This document shows positions 8,772 through 18,535 of a stretch of DNA of 64,000 nt, piece after piece. The translations under genes were made by a program, and so were the position numbers. Source of the stretch: Ignavibacteriota bacterium. Its GTDB lineage: Bacteria; Bacteroidota; Ignavibacteria; UBA10030; UBA6906. The stretch is taken from contig CAWDEM010000008.1 in the NCBI GenBank assembly GCA_963801355.1, positions 896,001 through 960,000 on the forward strand, in the 5' to 3' direction. How positions within the stretch are numbered: the first letter of the stretch is position 1; the number at the start of each line of letters is the position of its first letter. A model generated the notes under the pieces. It saw only the letters and a list, made by a program, of their open reading frames with translations. It had not been told where the DNA came from and made no database searches.

Positions 8772-9917
8772 TCAGTTGTCCGTAGTGTTGCTTTCATCCG
8801 TGATTTCGGCAAGCGCGGCAAGCGTTGCCGCCTTCCACATTCCGAACCTGTTTCCGAGAATCGCTTCCCGGGCGCTCCGCACCAGCCCGAGGTAAAAAGC
8901 CAGGTTGTGCATCGATGCCAGCTGAAGCGCCAGAATCTCGCGTGCTTTCGCCAGGTGTCTCAGATATGCCCGCGTGAACGTGCGGCAGGCATAACAGGAG
9001 CATTCGGCATCGATGGGCTCGAAATCATTCGCGTAGCGCGCATTGCGCAGGTTCATCCGGCCGTGCCTCGTGAAGACCATTGCGTTGCGTCCGTTTCGCG
9101 TCGGCATGACACAGTCGAACATATCGATGCCCCGCGCAATGCCCTCCAGTATGTTCTCCGGCGTGCCGACGCCCATCAGATACCGGGGTTTTTTTTCGGG
9201 CAGAATCTCCGCGCAGACCTCCGTCATCCCGTACATGATCTCCACCGGTTCGCCCACCGAGAGCCCGCCGATGGCGTAGCCGTCGAAACCCATCTGCACG
9301 AGTCCGTGCGCCGACTCTTCGCGCAGGTGCCTGAAGACGCTTCCCTGCACGATGCCGAAGAGTGCCTGGCCATATCCATAGAGGGGCTGTGTTGCCCGGC
9401 CCCGTTGCAGGCATCGCTCCGCCCACCGGAGTGTCAGTTGATGCGATTTGGCCGCATAACCCTCATCGCACGGATAGGGCGCACACTCATCCAGCACCAT
9501 CATGATATCGGAGCCGAGCGACCGCTGTATGTCGACAACGCTTTCAGGCGTGAAGCGGTGAGAAGATCCGTCCAGGTGTGAACTGAACACCACACCGTCT
9601 TCGTCGATTCCCCGCAGGTCGGAGAGGCTGAAAACCTGGTATCCACCGCTGTCGGTCAGGATCGGGTGCGGCCAGGCCGCGAACCGGTGCAGGCCGCCCG
9701 CTTCTTCAATGATGCCGCAGCCGGGGCGGAGATACAGATGATAGGTATTGCCAAGAATTATGTGCGCGCCGATCTCTTCGAGTTCGCGCGGTTCTACAGC
9801 CTTGACGGCGCCCTGTGTTCCGACCGGCATGAATATCGGCGTGGGAACGATGCCATGATCGGTGACAATGCTTCCTGCACGGGCAGCGCCGTCCGTATGT
9901 TCCAGAATGTAATTCAA
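8772..9917 (-). CDS. tgt: tRNA-guanine transglycosylase (queuine tRNA-ribosyltransferase)
   Basis: TPIFMPVGT, ILTDSGGYQVFSL, FGIVQG, GGLSVGE, DMFDCVMPTR, CSCYAC zinc motif; TTG start. Confidence 0.97.
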   Translation of the reverse strand: MNYILEHTDGAARAGSIVTDHGIVPTPIFMPVGTQGAVKAVEPRELEEIGAHIILGNTYHLYLRPGCGIIEEAGGLHRFAAWPHPILTDSGGYQVFSLSDLRGIDEDGVVFSSHLDGSSHRFTPESVVDIQRSLGSDIMMVLDECAPYPCDEGYAAKSHQLTLRWAERCLQRGRATQPLYGYGQALFGIVQGSVFRHLREESAHGLVQMGFDGYAIGGLSVGEPVEIMYGMTEVCAEILPEKKPRYLMGVGTPENILEGIARGIDMFDCVMPTRNGRNAMVFTRHGRMNLRNARYANDFEPIDAECSCYACRTFTRAYLRHLAKAREILALQLASMHNLAFYLGLVRSAREAILGNRFGMWKAATLAALAEITDESNTTDN

Positions 9918-9923
9918 CTGTTC

Positions 9924-9952
9924 AAATTATGAAAAACAGGAGGGAAAAGCAA
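9924..9952 (-). promoter_or_regulatory. Predicted sigma70 promoter of tgt-yajC-ribBA
   Basis: TTGCTT-17 nt-TAATTT, ending 6 nt before the TTG start. Confidence 0.55.
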
Positions 9953-10030
9953 CGGACCTGCCTGATGGCTCCCGATGCATCAGCGATTCCGTTGCGTCAT
10001 GGCTTCCACGGCATGAGCGCTTCCACTGCA

Positions 10031-10447
10031 TCAGGCCCCAGCGGCAGTCTTCCGTGAATGCCGGCGCGAGAGGAGCACAACCACCAGGGCGCAGAGGACG
10101 CCCCCCAATGCATCGGCAAGCCAGTCGAAGAAATCCACCGATCTCCCCGGCACGAAAATCTGATGGATCTCATCCGAGGCGCCGTACAGTGCGATCAGGA
10201 GCACTGTGACAGATGCCGCGTGGGAATGCAGTCGCGGGAACAGTTCCTTGACCCTCAATGCCCGGTAGATAAGGAGTGCAAGCACAAAGTAGACGCCGAG
10301 GTGAGCGAGTTTATCGAATTGGAAGATATCCGGCGCCTGCAGCTCGTTCCCGGGAATCGAAGACACGATGAAAATCAGGACCGCCCAGAGAACCGGAGGG
10401 ACGAGATAGCGGAGCCTGAGAGAACCGGCTGAAGGAGTATCGGTCAT
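10031..10447 (-). CDS. VanZ-like membrane protein
   Basis: DKLAHLGVYFVL...YGASDEIHQIFVPGRSVDFFDWLAD. Confidence 0.9.
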   Translation of the reverse strand: MTDTPSAGSLRLRYLVPPVLWAVLIFIVSSIPGNELQAPDIFQFDKLAHLGVYFVLALLIYRALRVKELFPRLHSHAASVTVLLIALYGASDEIHQIFVPGRSVDFFDWLADALGGVLCALVVVLLSRRHSRKTAAGA

Positions 10448-12000
10448 GAGGCCAGGGCCTTCAGCGCGTCCGGAATATGAGCAAGAATGTCCGTGGCCAG
10501 GATACTCCGCTCGCCAAAGTGCGCGGCGGCACTATCCCCCGCTTTGCCGTGTAGGTACACGCCTGCATAGGCCGATGCAAAGCTCGGCATGTGCTGGCCG
10601 ATCAATCCGGCTATGATGCCACCCAGCACGTCGCCGGATCCGATCGTAGCCATGCCGGGGTTGCCCGTGCTGTTCACGATTGCAGTCCCATTGTACGCTG
10701 TCACCGTCGGAGCACCTTTCAGAACAAGTATGCTCCGGAGTGTGCGGGCAGACTTTCGCGCTGCTTCCACTCTCAGCCGGTCGTGCATGGCACTATCCCC
10801 TCCCACAAGACGCGAGAGTTCTCCCGTATGAGGAGTGAGGATTGTCGGGGACTTTCTTCGCTTGAGGATTGCCGTCTTCCCGCTCATTGCGTTCAATCCA
10901 TCGGCATCCAGCAGAAGCGGACAGGGAATCTCCGCAACGAGCCGATGCACGAGGCGGTCGGTCTCTTCATGGCGGGAGAGTCCCGGACCGAGTACCACGA
11001 CATCGGCCCACGAGAGTCGTTCGACGATTTCGGCGAGCGCTGCGATCCCGAAGGTGCCGGATGAGGTCTCAGCACACGGCGTGAGGATTACATCCGTGAG
11101 CTTCCGCACGAGCATGCCGTGGATCGACGCTGGCACGCACAGCACTACGGCACCCGCACCGGTCTTCAGCGCTGCGAGAGCGGTGAGCGCAGGCGCTCCG
11201 GTGAAGTTCCTCGATCCTGCGATGACCAGCACCTTCCCCACGCTGTACTTGTGCGCGTTGAAGGGGCGTTCTGGCAAAAGCGCAGCGATATCCCTCCCCT
11301 CCACAAGGTAGGTCGGGTCTTTGGGGACCCGGATGGCCTCACGGGGGATACTGATGTCCGCCACACGCACCAGGCCGCTGCATGCACGCCCACCCCCGAC
11401 ACACTGCCCGATTTTCAAGCTTGCCATCGTCACCGTCAACTGCGCACGCACGGCATCCCCCGGGACTTCTCCGGTGGTCGCTGCGACGCCGGAGGGAATA
11501 TCCACGGCCACAACCGGACAGGCACGCCGGTTGATCCACCCGATCATCCTTTTCGCGATCCCCTCCGGCACTCCCGAGAAACCGGTACCAAAAATCGCAT
11601 CCACCACAAGGTCGGCATCGTCGAACGAACGGAGCGCGGTTCTTCCGGCAAGACGCACGATCTTGAGACGCCCCTTGGAGGTTGCCTCCATTTTCCGGAG
11701 AATCCGGAAATTCACGGCAGCATCCCCGGCGAGTTGTGCCACAGGCGGAAGCAGAAGCGTATGCACCCGTGCCCCGCGGTTTGCGAGGTGGCGTGCGATG
11801 ACGAACCCGTCTCCCCCGTTGTTTCCTTTTCCACAGACAACCACAACGTGTTTCCCCGACTGATCACCGAACTCTTTCGTCAGTTCATCCACGCAGGCGC
11901 GTCCGGCGTTCTCCATGAGCAGGAGACCGGGTATACCGAAGCGCTCGATCGCGGCCCGATCGAAGCCCCGCATCACCTCCGCAGTTGCCAGCAGCTTCAT
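10444..12000 (-). CDS. nnr: Bifunctional NAD(P)H-hydrate epimerase/dehydratase (YjeF)
   Basis: LMENAG, CGKGNNGGDG, DAIFGTG, DIPSG, LTPHTGE, GNPGMATIGSGDVL; start at MKLLATAEVM. Confidence 0.95.
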   Translation of the reverse strand: MKLLATAEVMRGFDRAAIERFGIPGLLLMENAGRACVDELTKEFGDQSGKHVVVVCGKGNNGGDGFVIARHLANRGARVHTLLLPPVAQLAGDAAVNFRILRKMEATSKGRLKIVRLAGRTALRSFDDADLVVDAIFGTGFSGVPEGIAKRMIGWINRRACPVVAVDIPSGVAATTGEVPGDAVRAQLTVTMASLKIGQCVGGGRACSGLVRVADISIPREAIRVPKDPTYLVEGRDIAALLPERPFNAHKYSVGKVLVIAGSRNFTGAPALTALAALKTGAGAVVLCVPASIHGMLVRKLTDVILTPCAETSSGTFGIAALAEIVERLSWADVVVLGPGLSRHEETDRLVHRLVAEIPCPLLLDADGLNAMSGKTAILKRRKSPTILTPHTGELSRLVGGDSAMHDRLRVEAARKSARTLRSILVLKGAPTVTAYNGTAIVNSTGNPGMATIGSGDVLGGIIAGLIGQHMPSFASAYAGVYLHGKAGDSAAAHFGERSILATDILAHIPDALKALAS

Positions 12001-12013
12001 AGCGCGTACTCGA

Positions 12014-13444
12014 TCAGAAGAAGGGTGAGGTGACATCAATGATGGTCGATGGAAACAGACCGAGAAACACGAGAGCGACGATCGCGAAGCTGAGGGCGAG
12101 AACTCCGGGGAAGAACAGTGTCACCTCCCGGTCCGCCTCTTCCGGCACGAAGTACATCATCACGACCAGGCGGAGATAGTAGTACACAGAGACAACGCTC
12201 ATGATCACGCCGAGGATGGCGAGCCAGGTATAGCCCGACTCGATCGCGCCGACGAACACGTAATACTTCGAGAAGAACCCGGCGAAGGGGGGAATGCCGG
12301 CCAGTGAGAACATAAACGCCGCCATCATGGCAGAGAGCAGCGGAGTCCGCTTTGCGAGTCCGGCACAGTCACTGAACTGGAGATTCTCTCCCCCCGGCTG
12401 CTCGACGAGTGCCAGGACACCGAATGCGCCGATATTCATGAGCGTATAGGCGAGCACATAGTAGAGCACGCCGCCGGCGCCGACGGTGTTTGCGGCAACG
12501 ACACCCACGAGGATGTACCCGGCATGGGCGATGCTGGAATACGCAAGCATGCGTTTGACGCTGGTTTGTGCGAGTGCTGCCAGGTTGCCCAGGATCATTG
12601 ACGCAGCCGCCGCACTTGCGAGGATCTGGCGGATCAATCCCTCGTCCCGGAGAACCGATGGCGCGAAGATAAGGAGAAGCGCAGAGAATGCGGCGGCCTT
12701 ACCGCCCGTAGCCATGAAGCCGCTCACCGAAGTCGGGGCGCCTTCGTACACGTCGGGGGCCCACATGTGGAAAGGCACGGCGGCGATCTTAAACAGCAAC
12801 CCCGTGAGCAGCAGGCCGAGCCCTACGGTGAACACCGGTGTTCCGGCAAGTGAGGGGACGGCGTTTCTGATGGCAGCGATGTTGGTCGTTCCGGCCGTGC
12901 CGTAGAGCAGAGCGATTCCGTACAACAGGAAACCCGTGGCAAACGCTCCGAGCAGGAAGTACTTCATGCCGGCTTCGTTGCTCAGCGTGCTATGGCGTGC
13001 AATCGCGGCAAGCACATAAAATGCGACCGACATTGTTTCCAATCCGAGGAAAAATACGACGAGGTCATTCGCCGCCCCCATGAGCATCATGCCCAGCACG
13101 GCAATGGCGACGAGGGCGTGGAATTCCCCCTTCACGGTGCCGATTTTGCGGAGGTACCTCGACGAGAGCAGCACGCTCAGTGCGCCACCCGTGCAGAACA
13201 CCATCGAGGTGTAGTTGGCAAATCCGCCGGTCATGACGGTACCCCCGAACGCGAGTCCGCTCCAGGAGGTGTTCATGAACGCCACAGTGCCCGCAGCGAG
13301 AAAACCTATGAGAGCAATCCACCGGTCCACTTTCTCGCCGTTACGCATTATTGTCTCTACGATCAGAAGAATCAATGCGGTGACAAACAACATGCTGATC
13401 GGCCCGACCGCAAGGATGTCTGCAAATGTCACTGGGATGCTCAT
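12014..13444 (-). CDS. nuoN: NADH-quinone oxidoreductase subunit N
   Basis: EAGMKYFLLG, FKIAAVPFHMWAPDVYEGAP, KRMLAYSSIAHAGY, SLAGIPPFAGFFSK; start re-placed at MSIPVTF. Confidence 0.96.
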   Translation of the reverse strand: MSIPVTFADILAVGPISMLFVTALILLIVETIMRNGEKVDRWIALIGFLAAGTVAFMNTSWSGLAFGGTVMTGGFANYTSMVFCTGGALSVLLSSRYLRKIGTVKGEFHALVAIAVLGMMLMGAANDLVVFFLGLETMSVAFYVLAAIARHSTLSNEAGMKYFLLGAFATGFLLYGIALLYGTAGTTNIAAIRNAVPSLAGTPVFTVGLGLLLTGLLFKIAAVPFHMWAPDVYEGAPTSVSGFMATGGKAAAFSALLLIFAPSVLRDEGLIRQILASAAAASMILGNLAALAQTSVKRMLAYSSIAHAGYILVGVVAANTVGAGGVLYYVLAYTLMNIGAFGVLALVEQPGGENLQFSDCAGLAKRTPLLSAMMAAFMFSLAGIPPFAGFFSKYYVFVGAIESGYTWLAILGVIMSVVSVYYYLRLVVMMYFVPEEADREVTLFFPGVLALSFAIVALVFLGLFPSTIIDVTSPFF

Positions 13445-13505
13445 TGAATTCTCATTCACTTTCGACAGAACCGCACAATTGTTCAGCGCTTTCCGCCTGC
13501 CGCTT

Positions 13506-15008
13506 CTACCGGAGGAACAACCACCAGATTGCGACAAAAATCGGCATCAGCACGGGAACCGAATACTTGACAATGTAGCCCAAGAAACTCGGGCACTGGA
13601 TCCCCGCCTGTTCGGCGATGGATTTTACCATGAAATTCGGACCGTTGCCGATGTAGCTGCAGGCCCCGAAGAACACGGCGCCGAGCGAGATGGCCTGTAC
13701 GTGCAACGGATGGTTCGCCAGCAGCGCGCTCACCATGATCTGTTCCACCGAGACATTCCCTTCTTTGACAAGATCAAAGTGATATTGCACCAGTGACGCG
13801 AAGGTTGCGCGGATTTCCTGGGCATGTTCGCCGGTGAGTCCGGCGAGTGCCGCACCCTTTGTCGCGATCAGATGTTGCACACCGGTTACAACGTCGGCGT
13901 TGACGAACAGTCCCACTGCCGCGCTCAGAAAGTTCAAGTAGGTCGGGGCGTTGTCAAGAAACGCCGAGAGAGACCCTGTCCCAAAATAGAACTGTCCCGG
14001 GGTCACGATTCCCAGTGCAGCGGCATTCAGTTCCAGCCAATCCAGGGCGGGAATCATCGTGGCGAAGATGCCTGCAAACAGCACCGCAACTTCTTTGATC
14101 GGGATGAAGTTGAAGTTGTTCTTCTGATGGATGTCATGTTTTGTCGTAAAGTACGAGCCGGCGGCGGCGAGTATCATCAGCACTTCACGGACCAGCGGCG
14201 GCTCGGTGATGAAGACCGCGACAAGAATCAGGGCAAGGAAGAACAGATTATGCACGCCTGAGGCTGACCCTTCTTCATGCGCGCTCTCCACGCTCTTCCG
14301 CGCGGCAGCCGAGAGACGGCGGTAGCTGAGGAGATCCATGACAAAGAAAACCCCCAGCACAAGTGTCATGGCCACCAGCCAGGGGAACCAGGACCGTTCC
14401 AGGACCCAATAGAACGGGACGCCCCGCAGATAGCCGAGGAACAGCGGCGGATCGCCGATAGGCGTCAACGCCCCGCCCATGTTGCTCACGATAAAAATGA
14501 AAAAGACCACATGGAACGGACGGACCCTGTAGCGGTTTGCCCGCAGAAACGGCCGGATGAGGATGATGGAAGCCCCCGTCGTCCCCACGAGATTTGCCAG
14601 CACGGCCCCGATTGCCAGAATGAATACGTTCGCCAGGGGGCGTGACTTGCCCCGGATCTGGATATGAATCCCACCGGCAACGACAAAGAGCGCGCCGATC
14701 AGCGCAATAAAGCTGATGTATTCCAGCAGCGTGACCAGCAACCTGTCCGCGTGCCCGAGCCCGATGATATAGTACCCTGCGACAATAGCTCCGAGACCGA
14801 ACGCCACGTAGGGGTAGTTGTGCTCCCACCAATGGCGATTGATGAAAGGGACGATGGCGATTGCGAGCAGGAGCGCGACGAACGGAATCACCCAGGCCAC
14901 ATGCACGGGTACCGCGTGCGAGGACGACCCCTCACTGGCAAGTGCCGGCAGGGGCAGAAGCACGGCAAGCTCAACCGCGCGCAGTGCGATGCGGGCCGGA
15001 GACTTCAC
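13506..15008 (-). CDS. IT-superfamily secondary transporter ('sodium:proton antiporter' / CitMHS_2-like)
   Basis: IPFVALLLAIA..HWWE, EYISFIALIGALFVVAGGI, GTTGAS..LIRP, SNMGGALTPIGDPPLFLG, IKEVAVLFAGIF, LSAFLDNAPTY, AISLGAVFFGACSYIGNGPNFMVKSIAE; GTG start overlaps the nuoM stop. Confidence 0.88.
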   Translation of the reverse strand: MKSPARIALRAVELAVLLPLPALASEGSSSHAVPVHVAWVIPFVALLLAIAIVPFINRHWWEHNYPYVAFGLGAIVAGYYIIGLGHADRLLVTLLEYISFIALIGALFVVAGGIHIQIRGKSRPLANVFILAIGAVLANLVGTTGASIILIRPFLRANRYRVRPFHVVFFIFIVSNMGGALTPIGDPPLFLGYLRGVPFYWVLERSWFPWLVAMTLVLGVFFVMDLLSYRRLSAAARKSVESAHEEGSASGVHNLFFLALILVAVFITEPPLVREVLMILAAAGSYFTTKHDIHQKNNFNFIPIKEVAVLFAGIFATMIPALDWLELNAAALGIVTPGQFYFGTGSLSAFLDNAPTYLNFLSAAVGLFVNADVVTGVQHLIATKGAALAGLTGEHAQEIRATFASLVQYHFDLVKEGNVSVEQIMVSALLANHPLHVQAISLGAVFFGACSYIGNGPNFMVKSIAEQAGIQCPSFLGYIVKYSVPVLMPIFVAIWWLFLR

Positions 15009-16573
15009 CGTTCTCTCCGTGCATCGGACGGATTCTCTCCCACAACACCCCCCACGGTGAGGCGTCGTGCCTCTTCCAGCTGATGCACAACGTGTCTGGC
15101 AGCCACCGCACTTTTATCCAGGAACGTCTTAGGATAGACACCCAGCCAGACGATGAGGAGGACCACAGGCACGAGCACAGCCCATTCGCGAGCGCCGAGA
15201 TCCTTGAGCGACCGGTTCTCGGGATTTTCCACGCGGCCGAAGAACACCCGCTGGTAACTCCAGAGGAGATACACTGCGGCAAGGATCACACCGATTGCAG
15301 CAACAATGGCATACCAGGGGCTGCCGAGGAAGCTGGACTTGAAAGCGCCGACGAGAATCAGAAACTCGCCGACGAATCCGTTCAGGCCCGGGAGTCCGAC
15401 GGATGAAAGCATCACGATCATATAGAATGTTGCGAATACAGGCATGATTTTCGCCAGCCCGCCATAGTCACTGATCATGCGCGTATGGCGGCGCTCGTAG
15501 ATCATGCCCACCAGAAGGAAGAGCGCTCCGGTGGAGAGCCCGTGGTTCACCATCTGGATGATGGCGCCCTGCATCCCCTCCTCGTTGAGTGCCAGGAGCC
15601 CGAGGACCACGAACCCGAGGTGGCTCACGGAGGAATACGCGACGAGTTTCTTGAGGTCGGGTTGCACCATCGAGACCAGCGCGCCATAGATAATGCCGAC
15701 GACGGCGAGGATCGCCACATACGGGAGAAACGTGAACGTGGCGGATGGAAAGAGCGGCAGGCAGAATCTCACGATCCCATAGGTACCCATTTTCAGCAGC
15801 ACCCCGGCGAGGATCACGCTTCCCGCCGTTGGAGCCTCAACGTGCGCATCAGGCAACCACGTATGCAGCGGGAAGATCGGGACCTTGATGGCAAAACTTA
15901 GCGTGAAGGCGAGGAACATCCAGGACTGAATCCCGGAGGGAATTCCGGGCGCGATGGCATAGAGCTCCAGGAGGTTGGTGGTGAAATGTCCTCCCTGCAG
16001 CGTTGATGCGTAATAGCCGAGCCAGATAATCGCGATGAGCATCACAAGGCTTCCGGCCATAGTGTAGATAAAGAACTTCACTGCCGCATAGACCCGTTCC
16101 TTGCCCCCCCAGATGCCGATGATGAAATACATCGGGATGAGCATGAACTCCCAGAACACGTAGAACAGCAGAAGATCGAGCGACATAAAGACCCCGAGCG
16201 TCCCGACTTCCAGAAGCAGCATGAGTGCCACGAACCCCTTGACCCGCTCCTTCACGGAGTCCCAGGATGCCAGCAGCGCGATCGGGGTCAGGAAGGTCGT
16301 CAGCACGACAAGCAGGAGAGAGATGCCGTCGACACCGAGATGATAGCTCACGTGCAGAGAGGGTATCCAGAGCGTCTTTTCGACAAACTGCATTCCTTCT
16401 ATTGCCGCATCGAACCGGACGAAGAGGAGCACCGAGGCGGCGAACGTGAGCAGTGCTACGGTGAGGCCCGTGACTTTCACAGCGCGAACGCCGGCGGTTG
16501 GCAGCGCCGCGACGGCACATGCGCCGAACAGCGGCAGGAACAGGATCAGGCTCAGGAGGTAATAATCAGTCAT
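15005..16573 (-). CDS. nuoM: NADH-quinone oxidoreductase subunit M
   Basis: YHLGVDGIS, FYVFWEFMLIPMY, FAIKVPIFPLHTWLPDAHVEAPTAGSV, KKLVAYSSVSHLG, GLPGLNGFVGEF. Confidence 0.97.
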   Translation of the reverse strand: MTDYYLLSLILFLPLFGACAVAALPTAGVRAVKVTGLTVALLTFAASVLLFVRFDAAIEGMQFVEKTLWIPSLHVSYHLGVDGISLLLVVLTTFLTPIALLASWDSVKERVKGFVALMLLLEVGTLGVFMSLDLLLFYVFWEFMLIPMYFIIGIWGGKERVYAAVKFFIYTMAGSLVMLIAIIWLGYYASTLQGGHFTTNLLELYAIAPGIPSGIQSWMFLAFTLSFAIKVPIFPLHTWLPDAHVEAPTAGSVILAGVLLKMGTYGIVRFCLPLFPSATFTFLPYVAILAVVGIIYGALVSMVQPDLKKLVAYSSVSHLGFVVLGLLALNEEGMQGAIIQMVNHGLSTGALFLLVGMIYERRHTRMISDYGGLAKIMPVFATFYMIVMLSSVGLPGLNGFVGEFLILVGAFKSSFLGSPWYAIVAAIGVILAAVYLLWSYQRVFFGRVENPENRSLKDLGAREWAVLVPVVLLIVWLGVYPKTFLDKSAVAARHVVHQLEEARRLTVGGVVGENPSDARRER

Positions 16574-16600
16574 ATCGGTATCGGGTCAATTGGCCTAGTG

Positions 16601-18535
16601 TCAGTGTGCCAGAATCCACGCGAGGATCGCGACGACGCCTACAAGGAAGACGAGGGCGTAACTTTGTATGAAGCCTGTTTGTACCAGACGGACTGTTCTG
16701 CCGACCACCGCAGTCACGCGCGCGATGGCGTTCACGGTCCAGTCGATCATGTGCACGTCCACGACCCGCCAGAGCAGCTTCTCGGAGCCGGTCACGATCG
16801 GCTTCACAACCGCTGCATCATAGATCTCATCGACATAGTATTTGTTCAGGAGCGTCGTATAGGCCCACCGCACCTTGTGGCTCAGGGTTTCGGGAACCTC
16901 TTTCTTCTTCAGATACCAGCTGCGGGCGATGAAAATGCCGGCCAGCGCAACACCCACGGACATTGCCATGAGGACGTATTCGAGTGCGTGATTCTCTGCG
17001 CCTGCGTGCGGAAGGCGGTCGAGCGCAGGCCTGAAGACAGGCTCGAGCCAGTGCTCAATCGCATTCCCCCCGCCGAGGCTCGCGGGCACGCCGACGATTC
17101 CGCCGACAACAGAGAGGACGGCCAGGATAATCAGCGGAACGGTCATTGTGCGCGGCGCCTCATGCGGGTGCGTGCCGCTTGTCCATCGGGCGTCACCGTC
17201 GAACGTCAACGACACAAGCCGGAACATGTAGAACGCCGTAAGCGCGGCGCCCGTCAACCCTATCGCCCAGAGAATTCCATGGCCGCCGGCGAAGGTCCGC
17301 CAGAGAATTTCATCTTTGCTGAAGAATCCCGAGAAAGGGAAAATCCCCGATATGGCGACCGCACCCGCGAGAAATGTCCAGTAGGTCACGGGCATCGGAC
17401 CCTTCAGGGCGCCCATTTTCTGGATGTTTTGTTCGTCGTGCATCGCATGGATGACGGACCCGGCGCCCAGGAAGAGCAACGCCTTGAAGAACGCGTGGGT
17501 CATGACATGGAAGATGCCTGCGCTGAAGGCCCCCACGCCGAGCGCGAGGAACATATATCCCAGCTGGCTGATCGTGGAATACGCGAGGATCTTCTTGATG
17601 TCATTTTGCACAAGGCCGATTGTCGCGGCGAACAGGGCGGTCCCTGCGCCGATCATCCCGACCACCTGCAGCGAGACCGGGGCGAGGGCAAAAAGGAGCG
17701 AGCAGCGGGCAACCATATAGACGCCGGCGGTGACCATGGTGGCCGCATGGATGAGGGCACTGACCGGAGTCGGACCGGCCATCGCATCGGGCAGCCAGAC
17801 GAACAGCGGGATTTGCGCGGACTTCCCCGTTGCCCCGAGAAAGAGGGCGAGCGTAATTGCCACGAGCACCGGCGAGCCCACGTCGAATTTGCCGGCCTGG
17901 CCGAACACCGATTGGAACTGCAGGGAACCGAACGTCATGAAGATCAGGAACATGCCGATGAGAAATCCGAAATCGCCGATGCGGTTCACAATAAACGCCT
18001 TCTTGGCCGCGTCCGCTGTGGTGCCCTTCTCGAAGTTACGGTCATACCAGAACCCGATCAGCAGATAGGAGCAGAGGCCGACCCCCTCCCAGCCGAGGAA
18101 CAGGAGCAGGAAATTGTCGGCGAGGACCAGGTTCAGCATTGCAAACACAAAAAGGTTCAGGTATGAGAAGAAGCGCCAGAAGCCCGGGTCGCCGTGCATA
18201 TAGCCGATCGAGTAGACATGGATCAGAAAACCCACGCCGGTGACGATCAGGAGCATTGTGACGGAGAGCGGATCGACCTGGTACGCCACCGCCGATTGAA
18301 GTCCGCCGGCGGAAATCCAGGGGAAGAGCGTGAGCACGTGTGTGCGGTTATCGGCGGGGAGCGTGAGGAGTTCTTGCAGCAGGATACAGCCGAACACGAA
18401 CCCTGCCCCGACCGTGGCACTGCCGACCAGTCCGATGAGCCACTCCTTCTTCAGGTAGCGGCCGGCGAGGCCATTGAGGAGGAACCCGATCAGCGGGAGA
18501 AGAACGGCAAGGGGGGCAAGAGCGATTGTGGTCAT
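16601..18535 (-). CDS. nuoL: NADH-quinone oxidoreductase subunit L
   Basis: IHVYSIGYM, GWEGVGLCSYLLIGFW, NRIGD, KSAQIPLFVWLPDAMAGPTPVSALIHAATMV, NKYYVDEIY; ATG overlaps the nuoK stop (TGATG). Confidence 0.97.
   Translation of the reverse strand: MTTIALAPLAVLLPLIGFLLNGLAGRYLKKEWLIGLVGSATVGAGFVFGCILLQELLTLPADNRTHVLTLFPWISAGGLQSAVAYQVDPLSVTMLLIVTGVGFLIHVYSIGYMHGDPGFWRFFSYLNLFVFAMLNLVLADNFLLLFLGWEGVGLCSYLLIGFWYDRNFEKGTTADAAKKAFIVNRIGDFGFLIGMFLIFMTFGSLQFQSVFGQAGKFDVGSPVLVAITLALFLGATGKSAQIPLFVWLPDAMAGPTPVSALIHAATMVTAGVYMVARCSLLFALAPVSLQVVGMIGAGTALFAATIGLVQNDIKKILAYSTISQLGYMFLALGVGAFSAGIFHVMTHAFFKALLFLGAGSVIHAMHDEQNIQKMGALKGPMPVTYWTFLAGAVAISGIFPFSGFFSKDEILWRTFAGGHGILWAIGLTGAALTAFYMFRLVSLTFDGDARWTSGTHPHEAPRTMTVPLIILAVLSVVGGIVGVPASLGGGNAIEHWLEPVFRPALDRLPHAGAENHALEYVLMAMSVGVALAGIFIARSWYLKKKEVPETLSHKVRWAYTTLLNKYYVDEIYDAAVVKPIVTGSEKLLWRVVDVHMIDWTVNAIARVTAVVGRTVRLVQTGFIQSYALVFLVGVVAILAWILAH

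Noticed and set aside
13506-15008. Extra NuoM (2M complex I) interpretation of the inserted gene
   Set aside because: No Mrp/NuoLMN motifs (no WLP.AH or AYSS); the motifs are IT-superfamily, and the NuoL lateral helix does not look extended
16340-18166. 608-aa plus-strand ORF, and similar long antisense ORFs (4020-5123, 20434-21633, 23459-24808, 42327-44087, 49704-50933)
   Set aside because: Shadow frames opposite well-conserved genes in high-GC DNA; no recognisable motifs
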